From Bacteroidales bacterium (lineage in GTDB: Bacteria; Bacteroidota; Bacteroidia; Bacteroidales; UBA1402), in NCBI GenBank assembly GCA_045627385.1, contig JAZQNO010000032.1, forward strand, positions 16,956-80,955: a DNA stretch of 64,000 nucleotides, in the 5' to 3' direction. The notes under the pieces are model-generated. The model made no database searches. It was not told the DNA's origin and saw only the letters and a list, made by a program, of their open reading frames with translations. Both the position numbers and the translations under genes were made by a program. This document shows positions 53,508 through 64,000 of this stretch, piece by piece (positions within the stretch are counted from its first letter, which is position 1; the number at the start of each line of letters is the position of its first letter).

Positions 53508-55634
53508 TTACAGTTGAAATGACGGCCGCTCAGAAGTCTTGTCTCTCAGATAGTTGATAGGTCCTGAGTAGGACGTGACCTCTTGGATGAAAGTAGCCTG
53601 ATGCGGATAGAAGAAACAGACGGGGCGTTTGGGGAACAGACGCTCGACCATCACCGGCAGCTCGTCGAACAGTGTCTGGTAGGAAACGCCGCCCTGTCTG
53701 GACAAGGCGAACAGCATCAGCTGATCGTCTGGCAGGCTGTCGATGAGCAACGGCAGATTTTGCCAGTTGTAGAAGTCATTATATTCGATGGAAACGGCAG
53801 ATTCGTAGCGTTTCATCACTTCCCGGACCAACCGTGATGTGGCCGGATGCGCATAGACGACGGCGGGGCAGCCCAGATTCTGGCATATCCAATAGGTACG
53901 CAAGACCAGTGAATGGAATCCCTGTTCGTATTCGGCCTTTTCAGGAAGGAACAGCACCAATTTGCGTATGCCCGAAAGGTTGCGTCCGAAACGGGCGATA
54001 TACAGATTCCCAGAAACCATATCCATCACCCGGTTGATTTTCTGACGGTAGTAGTTGCCGTCGGAAAGATTCTGCTGCAGACCGACCAGCACATCAGAAA
54101 TGGTGTATTCTCGGATGGCCTGTGCGATGCCGGTCGACACATCCGTATCGAAACGCATCACCTGGTGGAAATTCTTGTCGGCCGACACCGCAAACTGTGC
54201 GGTCATGTCGAGCAGACTGCTGCAGGTCTTCCGGTCTTTGTCGGCTTCCACCACACTGAGCGCGTAGACTTCGTCTTTCGGGCCCGTCATGAAGGTGGAC
54301 ATCTGCACCAGATTTTCGATTGTTTTCGGATTTGAAATGGGAATCAGGAACCGGGAAACGTCGCTCTTGTGTTTGGACGAGGCTTCTCTTTCGAGACGCA
54401 ACTGTTTGGCGGCTTTTTCCGTTTCCATCGAACTGACCAGGCAGGCAATGAGTATCATGATGACACTGCCGTTGAAGACATACTCGTTGAGCAGACGGAC
54501 CGGCTCTCCGTCTTCGGCATAACCCGTGACAATGTTGTATCCGATCATCGCTACGGCAAGCGTCACCGAAGCCCGTCCGGCGCTCAGGCCGAAAAGCAGT
54601 TTGCCTTCGCTGTCCTTCATCTTGAACGTCCATTGGGTAGTCTTGGCCGCCAGATATTTGCCCAAAAGCACGATGCCAGTCATCACAGCTGCCACATACA
54701 GGCCTTGCCAGCCTTGCAAGAATGCTCCCAAGTCGATAAGCATGCCGATGCTGATGAGGAAGAAGGGGAAAAACAGCGCATTGCCCACGAACTCGATGCG
54801 GTTCATCAGGCTGGACACCTTAGGGATTTGGACATTCAGCGCCAGACCCACAAAGAAGGCGCCGAGAATGCCCTGGAATCCGGCGAAATCGGTCAGCAGC
54901 GCTCCCAAAAACGCCATGGCCAGCACGAAGACAAAACGCATGATGCCGTCCTGCACATTGCTCATGAACCATTTGCTCAACCTCGGAATGACATAGAAGA
55001 TGAGGGTGAGGGCGGCCGCCAGTTTCAGCAGCATGCCGAACCAAAGCCATTGGCTGGAGTCGCCGCTGTAGAAACTTTCGACGCCTGCCAGCAGCGTGAT
55101 GGAAAGCGTCACGGCAAAGGCGGTTCCGCCTACAGCGATGTTGACCACCGTCCGCTTTGTCAGGCCGTAACGGCTGATGATGGGGAACGCTATCAGCGTA
55201 TGGGAAGAGAACATGCTGGCCAGCAACAGCGATGTGGCCATGCTGTAATGCAGCAGGTATTTGGAGGAGACCAGTCCCAGGACCGCCGGAACAGCAAAGG
55301 AACAGATGCCGAAAAACGCGCTTTTTCCGATGTTTTTCTTCAGGTCTGCCAAGTCGATTTCCAATCCTGCCAGGAACATTATGTAATACAGGCCCACTTG
55401 ACCGAACACATCGATGCTGCGGTCGTAGGGAAGCAGGTTCAGGCAGTAGGGGCCGACCAGCATGCCGGCCAGAATCATCCCCACGATGTGCGGGATGTGG
55501 AAACGCTTCAGCAAAGGTGCCACCAATATGATGAGCAGCACGATGAAGAAAATCGCGATGGGATTTTCGACGGGAAGCGGCAATCCGAAAATAGAATCCA
55601 TACAGGCCTGGTGATGTGTGACTTGCGACTGCAA
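53508..55634 (-). CDS. Cation:proton antiporter (CPA family) with large cytoplasmic C-terminal domain
   Basis: 708 aa. About 12 TM segments at the N-terminus (HIPHIVGMILAGMLVGPY..), soluble C-terminal ~300 aa. An alternative start MDSIFG at 55601 is possible. Confidence 0.8.
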   Translation of the reverse strand: MQSQVTHHQACMDSIFGLPLPVENPIAIFFIVLLIILVAPLLKRFHIPHIVGMILAGMLVGPYCLNLLPYDRSIDVFGQVGLYYIMFLAGLEIDLADLKKNIGKSAFFGICSFAVPAVLGLVSSKYLLHYSMATSLLLASMFSSHTLIAFPIISRYGLTKRTVVNIAVGGTAFAVTLSITLLAGVESFYSGDSSQWLWFGMLLKLAAALTLIFYVIPRLSKWFMSNVQDGIMRFVFVLAMAFLGALLTDFAGFQGILGAFFVGLALNVQIPKVSSLMNRIEFVGNALFFPFFLISIGMLIDLGAFLQGWQGLYVAAVMTGIVLLGKYLAAKTTQWTFKMKDSEGKLLFGLSAGRASVTLAVAMIGYNIVTGYAEDGEPVRLLNEYVFNGSVIMILIACLVSSMETEKAAKQLRLEREASSKHKSDVSRFLIPISNPKTIENLVQMSTFMTGPKDEVYALSVVEADKDRKTCSSLLDMTAQFAVSADKNFHQVMRFDTDVSTGIAQAIREYTISDVLVGLQQNLSDGNYYRQKINRVMDMVSGNLYIARFGRNLSGIRKLVLFLPEKAEYEQGFHSLVLRTYWICQNLGCPAVVYAHPATSRLVREVMKRYESAVSIEYNDFYNWQNLPLLIDSLPDDQLMLFALSRQGGVSYQTLFDELPVMVERLFPKRPVCFFYPHQATFIQEVTSYSGPINYLRDKTSERPSFQL

Positions 55635-55655
55635 AGTTAAGAATAACTTTGATAT

Positions 55656-56606
55656 TCAGGGCAGCAGAGAGATGATAAAACAATCCTTGCCCCTAAATCC
55701 TGAAAGGCTGAAATATTCGGCCCTTACGAGATATCGGCCGTAAGGCAGCATTTCACCCCGACCGTCGGTCCCGTCCCAGCCGATGCAGCCTTCCGTACCC
55801 AGCAGCAGATTGTCGGCAATGCGGGCCCACAGCAGGCGCCGGCTGTCATAGACTCTGATGTTTGCCAAACAGGTTTCCGAAAAACGGTAATGCAGCACCA
55901 GAGACGCCCCGCGGCTTTGCGACATGGGGTAAATGCAGGTCTGTTCGGTATAAAAACCATCGGTGAAATCGCGAAAATCCGCTTCTATATCCCAATATTG
56001 CGAGTTGCGTCGTCCGGGTGTTCCGAATCCGCTGCCGGCCGAAGCCGATGTCCAGGAATCGGTTTGCGAGGACGGCAGTCGGGGATGCCGTTTTTCCAGC
56101 GAAATGCCCTCGCGTGCGGTGACCAGTGTGTGGTGCATGCTTTTCGAATAGTCGAATTCGTCGACGACAGCCCTGTCCTTATCCAACAGCAACACATAAC
56201 CGCTTTCGTTCGGATAGGAAGGAAAACTCTTTATCTCCAAGCGCAGACTGTCTGCCGGGAAGCCGTAATCCTCCCTGACTCGGGCCGTGTCCGCTGTCAG
56301 CAGGCAGTATCCGCCCGGTTTCAGCAAAACGGTTTTCGAAGTGAGAGACTTCACCGTGTTGATTTCGCCTTTTGCGTTTCTGTTGCCGATGCTGTACTGC
56401 TTCAAGTCGACGACAGCGTCGGAAGTGTTCACAATTTCCACAAAATCAACCCCGTCCCCTATGGGATCGAAGAGGATTTCGTTGATGCTCAAAATAGGGA
56501 CTGCCTCTCCTGATATTGTCTCAAGAAACTGACTGTCATTGATTTGACGATTGCAGGAACTGCAAAAGAGGCCAATCGCCGGCCATAGGAAAAAGTGTGT
56601 TTTCAT
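55656..56606 (-). CDS. Lamin-tail-domain (LTD) lipoprotein with FlgD-Ig-like C-terminal domain
   Basis: Start trimmed to MKTHFFLWPAIGLFCSSC. LTD block INEILFDPIGDGVDFVEIVN. C-terminal GCIGWDGTDGRGEMLPYGRYLVR. Confidence 0.65.
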   Translation of the reverse strand: MKTHFFLWPAIGLFCSSCNRQINDSQFLETISGEAVPILSINEILFDPIGDGVDFVEIVNTSDAVVDLKQYSIGNRNAKGEINTVKSLTSKTVLLKPGGYCLLTADTARVREDYGFPADSLRLEIKSFPSYPNESGYVLLLDKDRAVVDEFDYSKSMHHTLVTAREGISLEKRHPRLPSSQTDSWTSASAGSGFGTPGRRNSQYWDIEADFRDFTDGFYTEQTCIYPMSQSRGASLVLHYRFSETCLANIRVYDSRRLLWARIADNLLLGTEGCIGWDGTDGRGEMLPYGRYLVRAEYFSLSGFRGKDCFIISLLP

Positions 56607-56707
56607 CGTATTTTGTTTTTTTGTAATTTTGTCGCGTTTTCCACAAGGCAAATGTATGGAAAAGGCCGGAGGAAACGCAGTCATTTTACCTTAAAAACTT
56701 CAGAAAA

Positions 56708-57721
56708 ATGAAAGTCGCCATTGTTGGCATCAGCGGTGCCGTCGGTCAGGAATTCCTTCAGGTCCTGGCAGAAAGAAACTTCCCCTTGGATGAACTCGTC
56801 CTGTTTGGTTCGTCACGCAGTGCGGGCAGAGTGTATCAGTTCAAAGGAAAAGACCTTGTAGTCAAAGAGTTGAAACACAATGACGATTTCAAAGGCATCG
56901 ATATCGCTTTCGTATCGGCCGGCGCCGGCACTTCCAAAGAATTTGCCGAGACCATCACCCGCTACGGCACTGTCATGATCGACAACTCGAGCGCTTTCCG
57001 CATGGACGCCCAAGTGCCTCTTGTCGTGCCTGAGGTCAATCCCGAAGACGCCCTCGAACGTCCGAAAGGCATCATTGCCAACCCCAATTGTACGACCATC
57101 ATGATGGTGGTTGTCCTCAAGCCTATTGAAAAGCTATCGCACATCAACCGCATCCATGTGGCCAGCTACCAGTCGGCCTCGGGCGCCGGTGCTCAGGCCA
57201 TGGCCGAACTCCAGCAGCAGTATCGCGAGATTGTCGAAGACAAGCCTGTCACAGTCAATAAGTTCGCTTATCAGTTGGCTTACAACGTCATTCCTCAGAT
57301 CGACGTTTTCACCGACAACGGCTACACCAAAGAAGAGATGAAGATGTTCAACGAAACGCGCAAAATCATGCATTCCGACGTGAAATGTTCGGCCATGTGC
57401 GTCCGCATTTCTTCGCTCCGTTCGCATTCCGAAGCCGTATGGGTCGAAACGGATGAACCGCTGGATGTCAAGGCCGTCCAAGACGCCATTGCCGCAGCTC
57501 CCGGTCTGACTCTGCAGGACGATCCCGCCACGCAGACTTATCCCATGCCCTTGTTCACCGGTGGAAAAGATAATGTCTACGTCGGCCGTGTCCGCAAGGA
57601 CCTGGCCAATGAAAACGGCATCACCTTCTGGCTGTCAGGAGACCAGATCAAGAAAGGTGCCGCACTCAATGCCGTTCAGATTGCCGAATACCTCATCAAG
57701 GTCGGCAATGTACGCGGTTAA
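56708..57721 (+). CDS. asd: Aspartate-semialdehyde dehydrogenase
   Basis: 337 aa. [16 protein letters not shown].., active-site [13 protein letters not shown] block. Confidence 0.95.
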   Translation: MKVAIVGISGAVGQEFLQVLAERNFPLDELVLFGSSRSAGRVYQFKGKDLVVKELKHNDDFKGIDIAFVSAGAGTSKEFAETITRYGTVMIDNSSAFRMDAQVPLVVPEVNPEDALERPKGIIANPNCTTIMMVVVLKPIEKLSHINRIHVASYQSASGAGAQAMAELQQQYREIVEDKPVTVNKFAYQLAYNVIPQIDVFTDNGYTKEEMKMFNETRKIMHSDVKCSAMCVRISSLRSHSEAVWVETDEPLDVKAVQDAIAAAPGLTLQDDPATQTYPMPLFTGGKDNVYVGRVRKDLANENGITFWLSGDQIKKGAALNAVQIAEYLIKVGNVRG

Positions 57722-58236
57722 TCGACCGATTTCAGCTCTACAAGGAAAACGAGTGCCGAGTAGCCTGGAATAAAAGGGCTCGAATACCCGTAGTCCATCT
57801 CGCCGTATCCTAAATAGTAAGGGATGTAGACTTTCCAGATGTCGCCCTGATGCATGCGTTGGACGACTTCGGTGAAGCCTTCGATGGTGGTTTTGCCCAG
57901 TTCGAACGTCAGATATCCTTCGTCAAAGGGCGTGCCGTCGTACAGCCAGCCGCTGTAGTTGACGCTGACCGTCTGCCCCAGACAGGGCACCTGCCCCGTC
58001 CCTGAGGAGATGATTTTGTAATAAATGCCAGTGGCGCCTGTGGGCTCATAGACCCCGCCTTTTTCCTCTGTCAGACTCTTGTCGTTGATTTCCAGAGGAA
58101 ATATGTCGGTAGAGTCTTTCAAACTGTTCATAAAAGCCTCGTTGTCCTCTTGCCAGCGGATATCCTCAGGATCGTCCAGACAGGAGGCAAATGAAAGGAT
58201 CGAAGCGGCCAAAGCGAGCCATATTGTTTTTTTCAT
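57718..58236 (-). CDS. FKBP-type peptidyl-prolyl cis-trans isomerase lipoprotein
   Basis: Start trimmed to [23 protein letters not shown] core [29 protein letters not shown]. Confidence 0.85.
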   Translation of the reverse strand: MKKTIWLALAASILSFASCLDDPEDIRWQEDNEAFMNSLKDSTDIFPLEINDKSLTEEKGGVYEPTGATGIYYKIISSGTGQVPCLGQTVSVNYSGWLYDGTPFDEGYLTFELGKTTIEGFTEVVQRMHQGDIWKVYIPYYLGYGEMDYGYSSPFIPGYSALVFLVELKSVD

Positions 58237-58281
58237 ACGATACATTTTGCGCAAAGATACGGATTTTGCCCACTTTTCCAT

Positions 58282-58289
58282 TACCTTTG
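58282..58289 (+). promoter_or_regulatory. -7 box TAccTTTG upstream of the second HTCS
   Basis: TACCTTTG lies 15 nt upstream of ATG 58305. Confidence 0.45.
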
Positions 58290-58304
58290 CAGCAATTATA
58301 AGGT

Positions 58305-61300
58305 ATGTATATGAAAAAATCCATTCTGATTGTCGCAATTTCAATCTTTGCGCAGACAGTCTTCTCACAGAGTTATGTGAGTATCAAAACTTATACCGCT
58401 CAAGACGGACTTTCTCAGAAAAATGTCCAAAGCATCCTTCAGGACGACCGTGGAATGATTTGGTTTTCAACATGGAACGGTCTGGAACGTTTCGACGGCT
58501 ACGATTTCGAAAATTTCAAGACATACCCCGACAGCAAAGTCCACATCGCCAATCACCGTTTTGTCAGACTTACCAAAAGTTCTTTGGACAACATTTGGTG
58601 CACTTCCTACGATCAGAGTTGTTATCTGTTTGATACAAAATCACTTGAATATATCGACATCAAGGATATCGATTCGCGTCTCAATCATCTGATTGTCCGT
58701 GTCATCCCGCTCAATGACGGCGTCACCTATCTGTTGGGCTCCATGGGAGAGATTTACCGTATCGATGAGAATCTGCTTCCCGATGCGACAGCCATTTCCC
58801 AAATTTCAAACAACGGCATCGGTGGCGTCATCCATGCCGTATACCGCGACAAATCTGGTAGCGAGTGGATTCTCAGCGAGAACGGCACCGTCCGTATGGG
58901 CTCTGACCATCTCGGCAGTCTGATGCCCTTCCAATTTGTCGAAGAAAGCGGCGATTGCCTGTATCTGGCCACCAGCAAAGGCTATGTGGCCTGTTACGAT
59001 ATGGGGAAAGACAACCTCCATGTCTGTCTCGAACAAGGCCGCGTCCCTGGTATCGACCATCTCAACAGGCTCGAAGACGGCCGGCTGGTGCTTTCTCATG
59101 CCGGCTCGAACCTCGCTATACTCAATCCTGAAGACAACAGCTTGACATTCTGCGATTTCAAAACGGGCCGCGATTTGCGTTTGCTTCAGGAAAACGACAG
59201 CATCGTTTGGCTGATGAGTATGCAAGTCGGCGTCGTCCGTCTGAATGTCAAAACTCTGGTTTCTGAAAACATTCCCTATGAGCGTATTTCGGACAATGCT
59301 TTCAACGCCCGCTTCAGGGTATCTTTCGTTGATGAAGGAGGACGTGTCTGGCTGAAGCCTCTCGACGGAGAATTGTGTCATTACGACCCTCTGACACACA
59401 AACTGGAACAGGCTGTCATCGTCCGTGACGGCGTAGAAACGCCCATCGTGATGAGGACCATCAACCATCTGGTCGACAACAACCGCAATTTGTGGTATAC
59501 CGATGAAAACGGTCTGGCCATGCTGAGTTTCGAGAAAGCCGAATATCAGGTCATTCCCAGCCATCACGACGTGGCCGCACGCGGCATGGTCGAGGATAGG
59601 GAAGGCCATATTTGGGTCGGTTGGAAGAACAATCTCATCGACCGCAACGGATATCTGAGCGTTTACGACAGCCAGGGGGTGTTCTTGGGCAACTACGATT
59701 TGAAAGGCCAGCTCCACAAGGACGAGAACACCCTGTTCGGCACGGACATTTACTGCCTCAGCGAGGATGCCGACGGGAACATCTGGATCGGAACCAAGCG
59801 CGAGGGTCTCTTTATCCTTGAACGGCTCGAAAACGGCACCTTCAAGATGCACCATTACAACCGTACGACCACGGACTACGGCCTGCATTCCAAGTCGATA
59901 TTTTGCATTTTGCACGACAGTCACCACCGTGTCTGGCTCGGTTCCTTCGGCGACGGACTGCAGCTGGCCGATGTCAGCGGAGGCGTCGGCGACATCCGAT
60001 TCATCAACGGCGACAACCGCATGCCGGGTTATCCCTACCACAGATGCAACGAAATCCGCTGTCTCTGCGAAACCGACAATGGGGTCATTCTGGTGGGGAC
60101 GACCAACGGACTGGTCACTTTCTCTTCCGATTTCGACCAGCCTGAAAACGTGCAGTTCTTCTTGAACGCCTGCAGTGAGGATCCGCACAGTCTGAGCAAC
60201 AACGACATATACCACATCATGCAGTCGTCCGCAGGTGATGTCTACGTCACCTCCTACGGGGGCGGTGTCAACAAAACGGTCAAGGCCAATCTGCTGTCCG
60301 AACATATCAAATTCAACCATTACAATCAGGTGAACAGCACATTGCCCGATTTGACAATGTCGGTTGTCGAAGATGATTTCGGCCATTTCTGGGCCACGTC
60401 GCAGAATAAACTCATCCACATGGACGCCAACCTGAACCGGATTGAGGATTTCAATATGGACGGTCTGACGGACGCCATGCCTTTCAAACTCCAATCGGGC
60501 CGACTGCTTATCGGCGGCATGCTGAACGTGTATTGCATCACTCCCGACAGTGTCAGCACAGCTCCGAAAGGCTCCCATTTGGCCTTCCTCTATGTGGACA
60601 TTCTCAAAAAGGACGTCAAGCGTGTCATCATTTCCGACCATTCTACTCCGCTCGAACTGAAGTCGGACGAGCGCAACTGCATGATCACTTTCTCCGCTTT
60701 GGAATACTCCGAACCGAACAGTATCGAATATGTCTATCGAATCAAGGAACTGAACGAGCACTGGATGCCGCTCGGCCACAACCATTACGCCAATCTGGCC
60801 AATCTGCCTTCCGGCAATTTCCTGTTCGAAGTCAGGTCGACCGATACGAACGGCACATGGAACGACGCCATCGCCAGCCTACCCATCCGAGTCGAACCCA
60901 AATTCGGAGAAACGGTTTGGGCCATTGTCCTGTATGTGCTGCTCGGACTGATTCTGATCGCCGCCACTGTCTGGGTGGTGCTGCGTCTGGCCCGTCTGCG
61001 CCGCAGCGTGGAAACCGAACAGGAATTGAGCAACATCAAGTTGCGTTTCTTCACCGATATTTCACACGAGCTGCGCACTCCTCTGACGCTGATAGCCAAT
61101 CCTATAGAAGAAATCGAGCGCAACGAGAACCTTTCACCGGAGGGAAAGGAAAACCTGCAGGTGGCCCGTCGCAATGTGGAACGGATGTTGCGCCTGGTCA
61201 ACCAGATTCTGGATGTCCGCAAAATTCAGAACGGCAAGATGAAAGTCTTTGTCGAACAGGTTGTGCCTGGAGAACTGATCAGCCGAGTTTGCGATTCATT

Positions 61301-62639
61301 CAAGTCTCTGGCGGTCAAGCAACGCATACAGTTCCATACCGCCATCGATTTGGCCGGTTTCAGCATTTACACCGATAAGGACAAATTGGAAAAAATCATT
61401 TTCAACCTTTTGTCGAACGCCTTCAAATACACGCCAGAGGGCAAGTCGATTACGGTTCATGCCAGTCAGGATAAGGACACGCTTCTGTTGAGCGTCGAGG
61501 ATGAAGGTGTCGGCATCAGCCCGAACCGCCTGTCCACCATCTTCTCCCGTTTTGAAACGGCAGATGAGGCCGATCCGAGCATTTCTACCGGTATCGGCCT
61601 GTCCCTTGTCAAGGATATGCTCAATCTGATGCACGGTTCCATCAAGGTAGACAGCAAGTTGGGAGAAGGCAGCCGTTTCCAGATGAAAATACCGGGGAAC
61701 AAGTCGATATTCCTCTCCGATCCCAATGTGGAATTCATTCTTGCGGACAATCCGCTGAAAGGAAGTGCTGAGACGCCGTCCGTCCAGACAAAGGAAGAGC
61801 CCGTCGACGAGAGCCGTATGCGAGTGCTGATTGTTGAAGACAATGAAGAGCTCCGTCATTTCATCGCCACTATTCTCAGCAAGGATTACGAAGTGGAGGA
61901 GGCCGATGATGGAAAGATCGGCTTGGAAAAGACACGCAAACTTCACCCGGATTTGGTCATCAGCGACATTATGATGCCCAATATGGACGGCATCGATTAC
62001 CTGAAGAGCGTACGCACAGACACCTCCATCTGCCACATTCCCGTCATTTTGCTTTCAGCCAAATCGTCCGTCGAAGACCAGATCAGCGGTCTGGATTTCG
62101 GTGCCGACGACTACATCACCAAGCCTTTCCATTCGGCCTATCTGAAAGCCAAGATTGCGGCTGTCCTTAAGCGCCGTCAGAGCCTCTACGCCTACTACTT
62201 TGGTGAACAGGGCGGCACTCGGCCGGCCGAGGAGGAAAGTGCAAGCCTTCTCGACCAGGTCTCGCCCTCCATGCCTATGCTCACCAACTATGACGAGGAC
62301 TTTGTCAATATGCTGGTCAAGTCGGTTGAAATGAATTTCCAGAATCCTAACTTCAAAATTGAAGATCTGACTGAGTCCATCCATATGAGCCGTGCCGTCT
62401 TCTACCGCAAAGTCAAATCGCTGATGGGTGTGCCTCCGGTCGAATTCGTCAGCCGCATGCGCATCAAACGTGCCGCTCAGCTTCTCGGTCAGAGGAACTT
62501 GAGCATTTCGGAAATCGGTTACATGTGCGGTTTCACCACTCCCCAGTATTTCACGAAAGTGTTCCGCAAGACGATGGACTGCACTCCGAAGGAATATCGT
62601 GAACGCCTCGGAGCCAAGAAGATCACCATCGACATTTGA
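58305..62639 (+). CDS. Hybrid two-component system sensor kinase/response regulator with AraC-type HTH (second, orphan HTCS)
   Basis: 1444 aa. Same architecture as 12838..17070. H-box FFTDISHELRTPLTL, REC VLIVEDNEELRHF..SDIMMPNMDG, HTH ISEIGYMCGFTTPQYFTKVFRKTMDCTPKEY. Confidence 0.9.
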   Translation: MYMKKSILIVAISIFAQTVFSQSYVSIKTYTAQDGLSQKNVQSILQDDRGMIWFSTWNGLERFDGYDFENFKTYPDSKVHIANHRFVRLTKSSLDNIWCTSYDQSCYLFDTKSLEYIDIKDIDSRLNHLIVRVIPLNDGVTYLLGSMGEIYRIDENLLPDATAISQISNNGIGGVIHAVYRDKSGSEWILSENGTVRMGSDHLGSLMPFQFVEESGDCLYLATSKGYVACYDMGKDNLHVCLEQGRVPGIDHLNRLEDGRLVLSHAGSNLAILNPEDNSLTFCDFKTGRDLRLLQENDSIVWLMSMQVGVVRLNVKTLVSENIPYERISDNAFNARFRVSFVDEGGRVWLKPLDGELCHYDPLTHKLEQAVIVRDGVETPIVMRTINHLVDNNRNLWYTDENGLAMLSFEKAEYQVIPSHHDVAARGMVEDREGHIWVGWKNNLIDRNGYLSVYDSQGVFLGNYDLKGQLHKDENTLFGTDIYCLSEDADGNIWIGTKREGLFILERLENGTFKMHHYNRTTTDYGLHSKSIFCILHDSHHRVWLGSFGDGLQLADVSGGVGDIRFINGDNRMPGYPYHRCNEIRCLCETDNGVILVGTTNGLVTFSSDFDQPENVQFFLNACSEDPHSLSNNDIYHIMQSSAGDVYVTSYGGGVNKTVKANLLSEHIKFNHYNQVNSTLPDLTMSVVEDDFGHFWATSQNKLIHMDANLNRIEDFNMDGLTDAMPFKLQSGRLLIGGMLNVYCITPDSVSTAPKGSHLAFLYVDILKKDVKRVIISDHSTPLELKSDERNCMITFSALEYSEPNSIEYVYRIKELNEHWMPLGHNHYANLANLPSGNFLFEVRSTDTNGTWNDAIASLPIRVEPKFGETVWAIVLYVLLGLILIAATVWVVLRLARLRRSVETEQELSNIKLRFFTDISHELRTPLTLIANPIEEIERNENLSPEGKENLQVARRNVERMLRLVNQILDVRKIQNGKMKVFVEQVVPGELISRVCDSFKSLAVKQRIQFHTAIDLAGFSIYTDKDKLEKIIFNLLSNAFKYTPEGKSITVHASQDKDTLLLSVEDEGVGISPNRLSTIFSRFETADEADPSISTGIGLSLVKDMLNLMHGSIKVDSKLGEGSRFQMKIPGNKSIFLSDPNVEFILADNPLKGSAETPSVQTKEEPVDESRMRVLIVEDNEELRHFIATILSKDYEVEEADDGKIGLEKTRKLHPDLVISDIMMPNMDGIDYLKSVRTDTSICHIPVILLSAKSSVEDQISGLDFGADDYITKPFHSAYLKAKIAAVLKRRQSLYAYYFGEQGGTRPAEEESASLLDQVSPSMPMLTNYDEDFVNMLVKSVEMNFQNPNFKIEDLTESIHMSRAVFYRKVKSLMGVPPVEFVSRMRIKRAAQLLGQRNLSISEIGYMCGFTTPQYFTKVFRKTMDCTPKEYRERLGAKKITIDI

Positions 62640-62660
62640 AATCATTTAAAGAGATAAGCT

Positions 62661-63098
62661 ATGATAAGCGTGAAAGTTGTCAACAAGTCGCGTCACGACC
62701 TGCCTCAGTATGCGACCCCGCAGTCGGCCGGTATGGACCTGAGGGCCAACATCGACGCGCCGGTCGTGCTCAAACCTTTTGAGCGCAAACTGATTCCTAC
62801 CGGGCTTTTCATCGAACTGCCCGCCGGATACGAGGCGCAGATACGCCCCAGAAGCGGTTTGGCTCTCAAGAAGGGGATAAGCGTGCTTAACACCCCAGGA
62901 ACCATAGATGCCGACTATCGTGGAGAGATTGGAGTGATTCTCATCAATCTTTCCCAAGAAGACTTTGTCGTTGAAGATGGCGAGCGCATTTGCCAGATGG
63001 TGATTGCGGCCCACGAACAGGCCGATTGGGTGGCCGTCGACGTGTTGGGCGAAACCGAGCGCGGCGCCGGAGGTTTCGGCCATACCGGCAAAAAATGA
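62661..63098 (+). CDS. dut: dUTP diphosphatase
   Basis: 145 aa. [41 protein letters not shown]. Confidence 0.95.
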   Translation: MISVKVVNKSRHDLPQYATPQSAGMDLRANIDAPVVLKPFERKLIPTGLFIELPAGYEAQIRPRSGLALKKGISVLNTPGTIDADYRGEIGVILINLSQEDFVVEDGERICQMVIAAHEQADWVAVDVLGETERGAGGFGHTGKK

Positions 63099-64000
63099 CT
63101 TGTCTTATGTCGAGCTGCATGTCAAAGTGGACACAGGTGCTGTTGGGCGTCCTTTTGGGCTGCTCCTGCCCCTTGTGTGCGCAGACAAAAGCCGACACAG
63201 CCGTCAATCCTGCCGACAGCTATTTTCAGGAGGCCCTCCGTTACAAATTCAACGGAGACTATGCGGCTGCCTTTGACTTGTTGAGGCAAAGCGTCCAGTA
63301 CGACGCCACGCAAGCCGCCGCTTGTTACGAACTGGCTGGATTTTATTTGGCTCTAAACCAGAAGTCGACGGCTTTCCACTATTATCAGAAAGCTTGCGAA
63401 CTGGAGCCGGACAACGAATGGTACGCTCTCCAGCTGGCCGGACTCTGCAGAGAGAACAATCTGCTGGACAAGGCGTCGGAACTGCTCGAAAAAGTGGCTT
63501 CCGAGCATCCCGACAAGTACGAACTCTATTATCATGTGGCCGAACTGTATTTCCAGCAGGAAGACTACAGAGCGGCTTTGGACGCTTTAGAGCATCTCGA
63601 GGCCAACACCGGTGTCATAGAGGAGATCACCCGACAGAAATGCGAAGCCTACCAGGCTTTGGGCAAACCCCGCAAAGTCATTAAGGAAGTGAAACGACTT
63701 GAGGCGCTCAATCCTTCAGAACCGCATTATCAGCTGCTGGTCGGCGTTTCTTATCTGGACATCGGCAAACAGAAGAAAGCCGTCAGAATTCTTGACGAGG
63801 TGCTGGAATCGTACCCCGACAATGGAGAGGCCATTCTTCAGCGGGCTTTCGCTGACTACTTCATTGCCGGAAACAAGACCGAAGCTATGGCTTCTCGCAT
63901 GAAGGAAATCATAGACCGCCCCAAGGTCGATTTGCTTAGTAAAATGACCGCATTAGATTATTTTACTAAGAATAACTATCAGGATACCACATTGATGGAC
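63095..64000 (+). CDS. TPR-repeat protein, N-terminal 302 codons (continues past the right edge; not in ORF track)
   Basis: Hand translation from ATG 63095 (ATGA overlap with the dut stop): [30 protein letters not shown].. followed by TPR-like [47 protein letters not shown]. Frame open to nt 64000. Confidence 0.75.
   Translation, partial: MTCLMSSCMSKWTQVLLGVLLGCSCPLCAQTKADTAVNPADSYFQEALRYKFNGDYAAAFDLLRQSVQYDATQAAACYELAGFYLALNQKSTAFHYYQKACELEPDNEWYALQLAGLCRENNLLDKASELLEKVASEHPDKYELYYHVAELYFQQEDYRAALDALEHLEANTGVIEEITRQKCEAYQALGKPRKVIKEVKRLEALNPSEPHYQLLVGVSYLDIGKQKKAVRILDEVLESYPDNGEAILQRAFADYFIAGNKTEAMASRMKEIIDRPKVDLLSKMTALDYFTKNNYQDTTLMD

Noticed and set aside
58806-60785. A 659-aa minus-strand ORF inside the second HTCS. 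Similar cases are 49809..51494 (561 aa), 47974..49473 (499 aa, spanning two genes), 54369..55640, 42765..43556, 44785..45489, 34942..35877 and 61296..62036.
   Set aside because: The reasoning is the same as above. One of them even bridges the cstA/acyltransferase intergenic region, which a real gene would not do. No recognisable domains.

Overview
Read by eye, this window looks like a Bacteroidales (Bacteroidota) chromosome segment. The evidence is a SusC-type transporter, two hybrid two-component regulators (HTCS), Cys-lipobox lipoproteins, TAnnTTTG -7 promoter boxes and type IX secretion (T9SS) C-terminal sorting tails. The left ~17 kb is a pectin/homogalacturonan utilisation locus. It holds an edge-truncated SusC, a 4xFAS1 lipoprotein, a PL1 pectate lyase and a GH28 in one minus-strand operon. 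Divergent from these are a beta-helix/InlB-repeat protein of unknown activity and a CE8 pectinesterase, followed by an HTCS regulator. The other ~47 kb is mostly housekeeping: recO, four tRNAs, rpsT, an rluA-like gene, rsmE, argS, HU, two rhomboids, priA, fabD, prs, cstA, asd, dut and others. Several small accessory pockets interrupt it. (i) At 28.3-31.0 kb there is a lipoprotein / 8-strand-type OMP / lipoprotein cassette behind a 55-aa ferredoxin gene that the ORF track misses. (ii) At 40.27-41.83 kb there is an AT-rich 1,562-bp insertion bracketed by 40-bp direct repeats next to tRNA-Arg(TCT). It carries an amber-interrupted small ORF and an orphan secreted/membrane protein, and is followed by an inverted-repeat-bounded triple-hairpin cassette. 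(iii) There is an orphan GH88/105 gene and an orphan second HTCS. I recognised no defence system, integrase/transposase, CRISPR array, rRNA or prophage, so I cannot point to a clearly novel multi-gene system. The most unusual structures are the repeat-bracketed insertion, the uncharacterised T9SS beta-helix protein in the pectin locus, and the lipoprotein/OMP cassette. All calls rest on motif recognition and hand translation. No database search, HMM, folding or GC computation was run. Two edge-truncated genes (1..2920 minus, 63095..64000 plus) and the ferredoxin are absent from the supplied ORF track. Many track ORFs start too far upstream and were trimmed to the signal-peptide or conserved N-terminus ATG.
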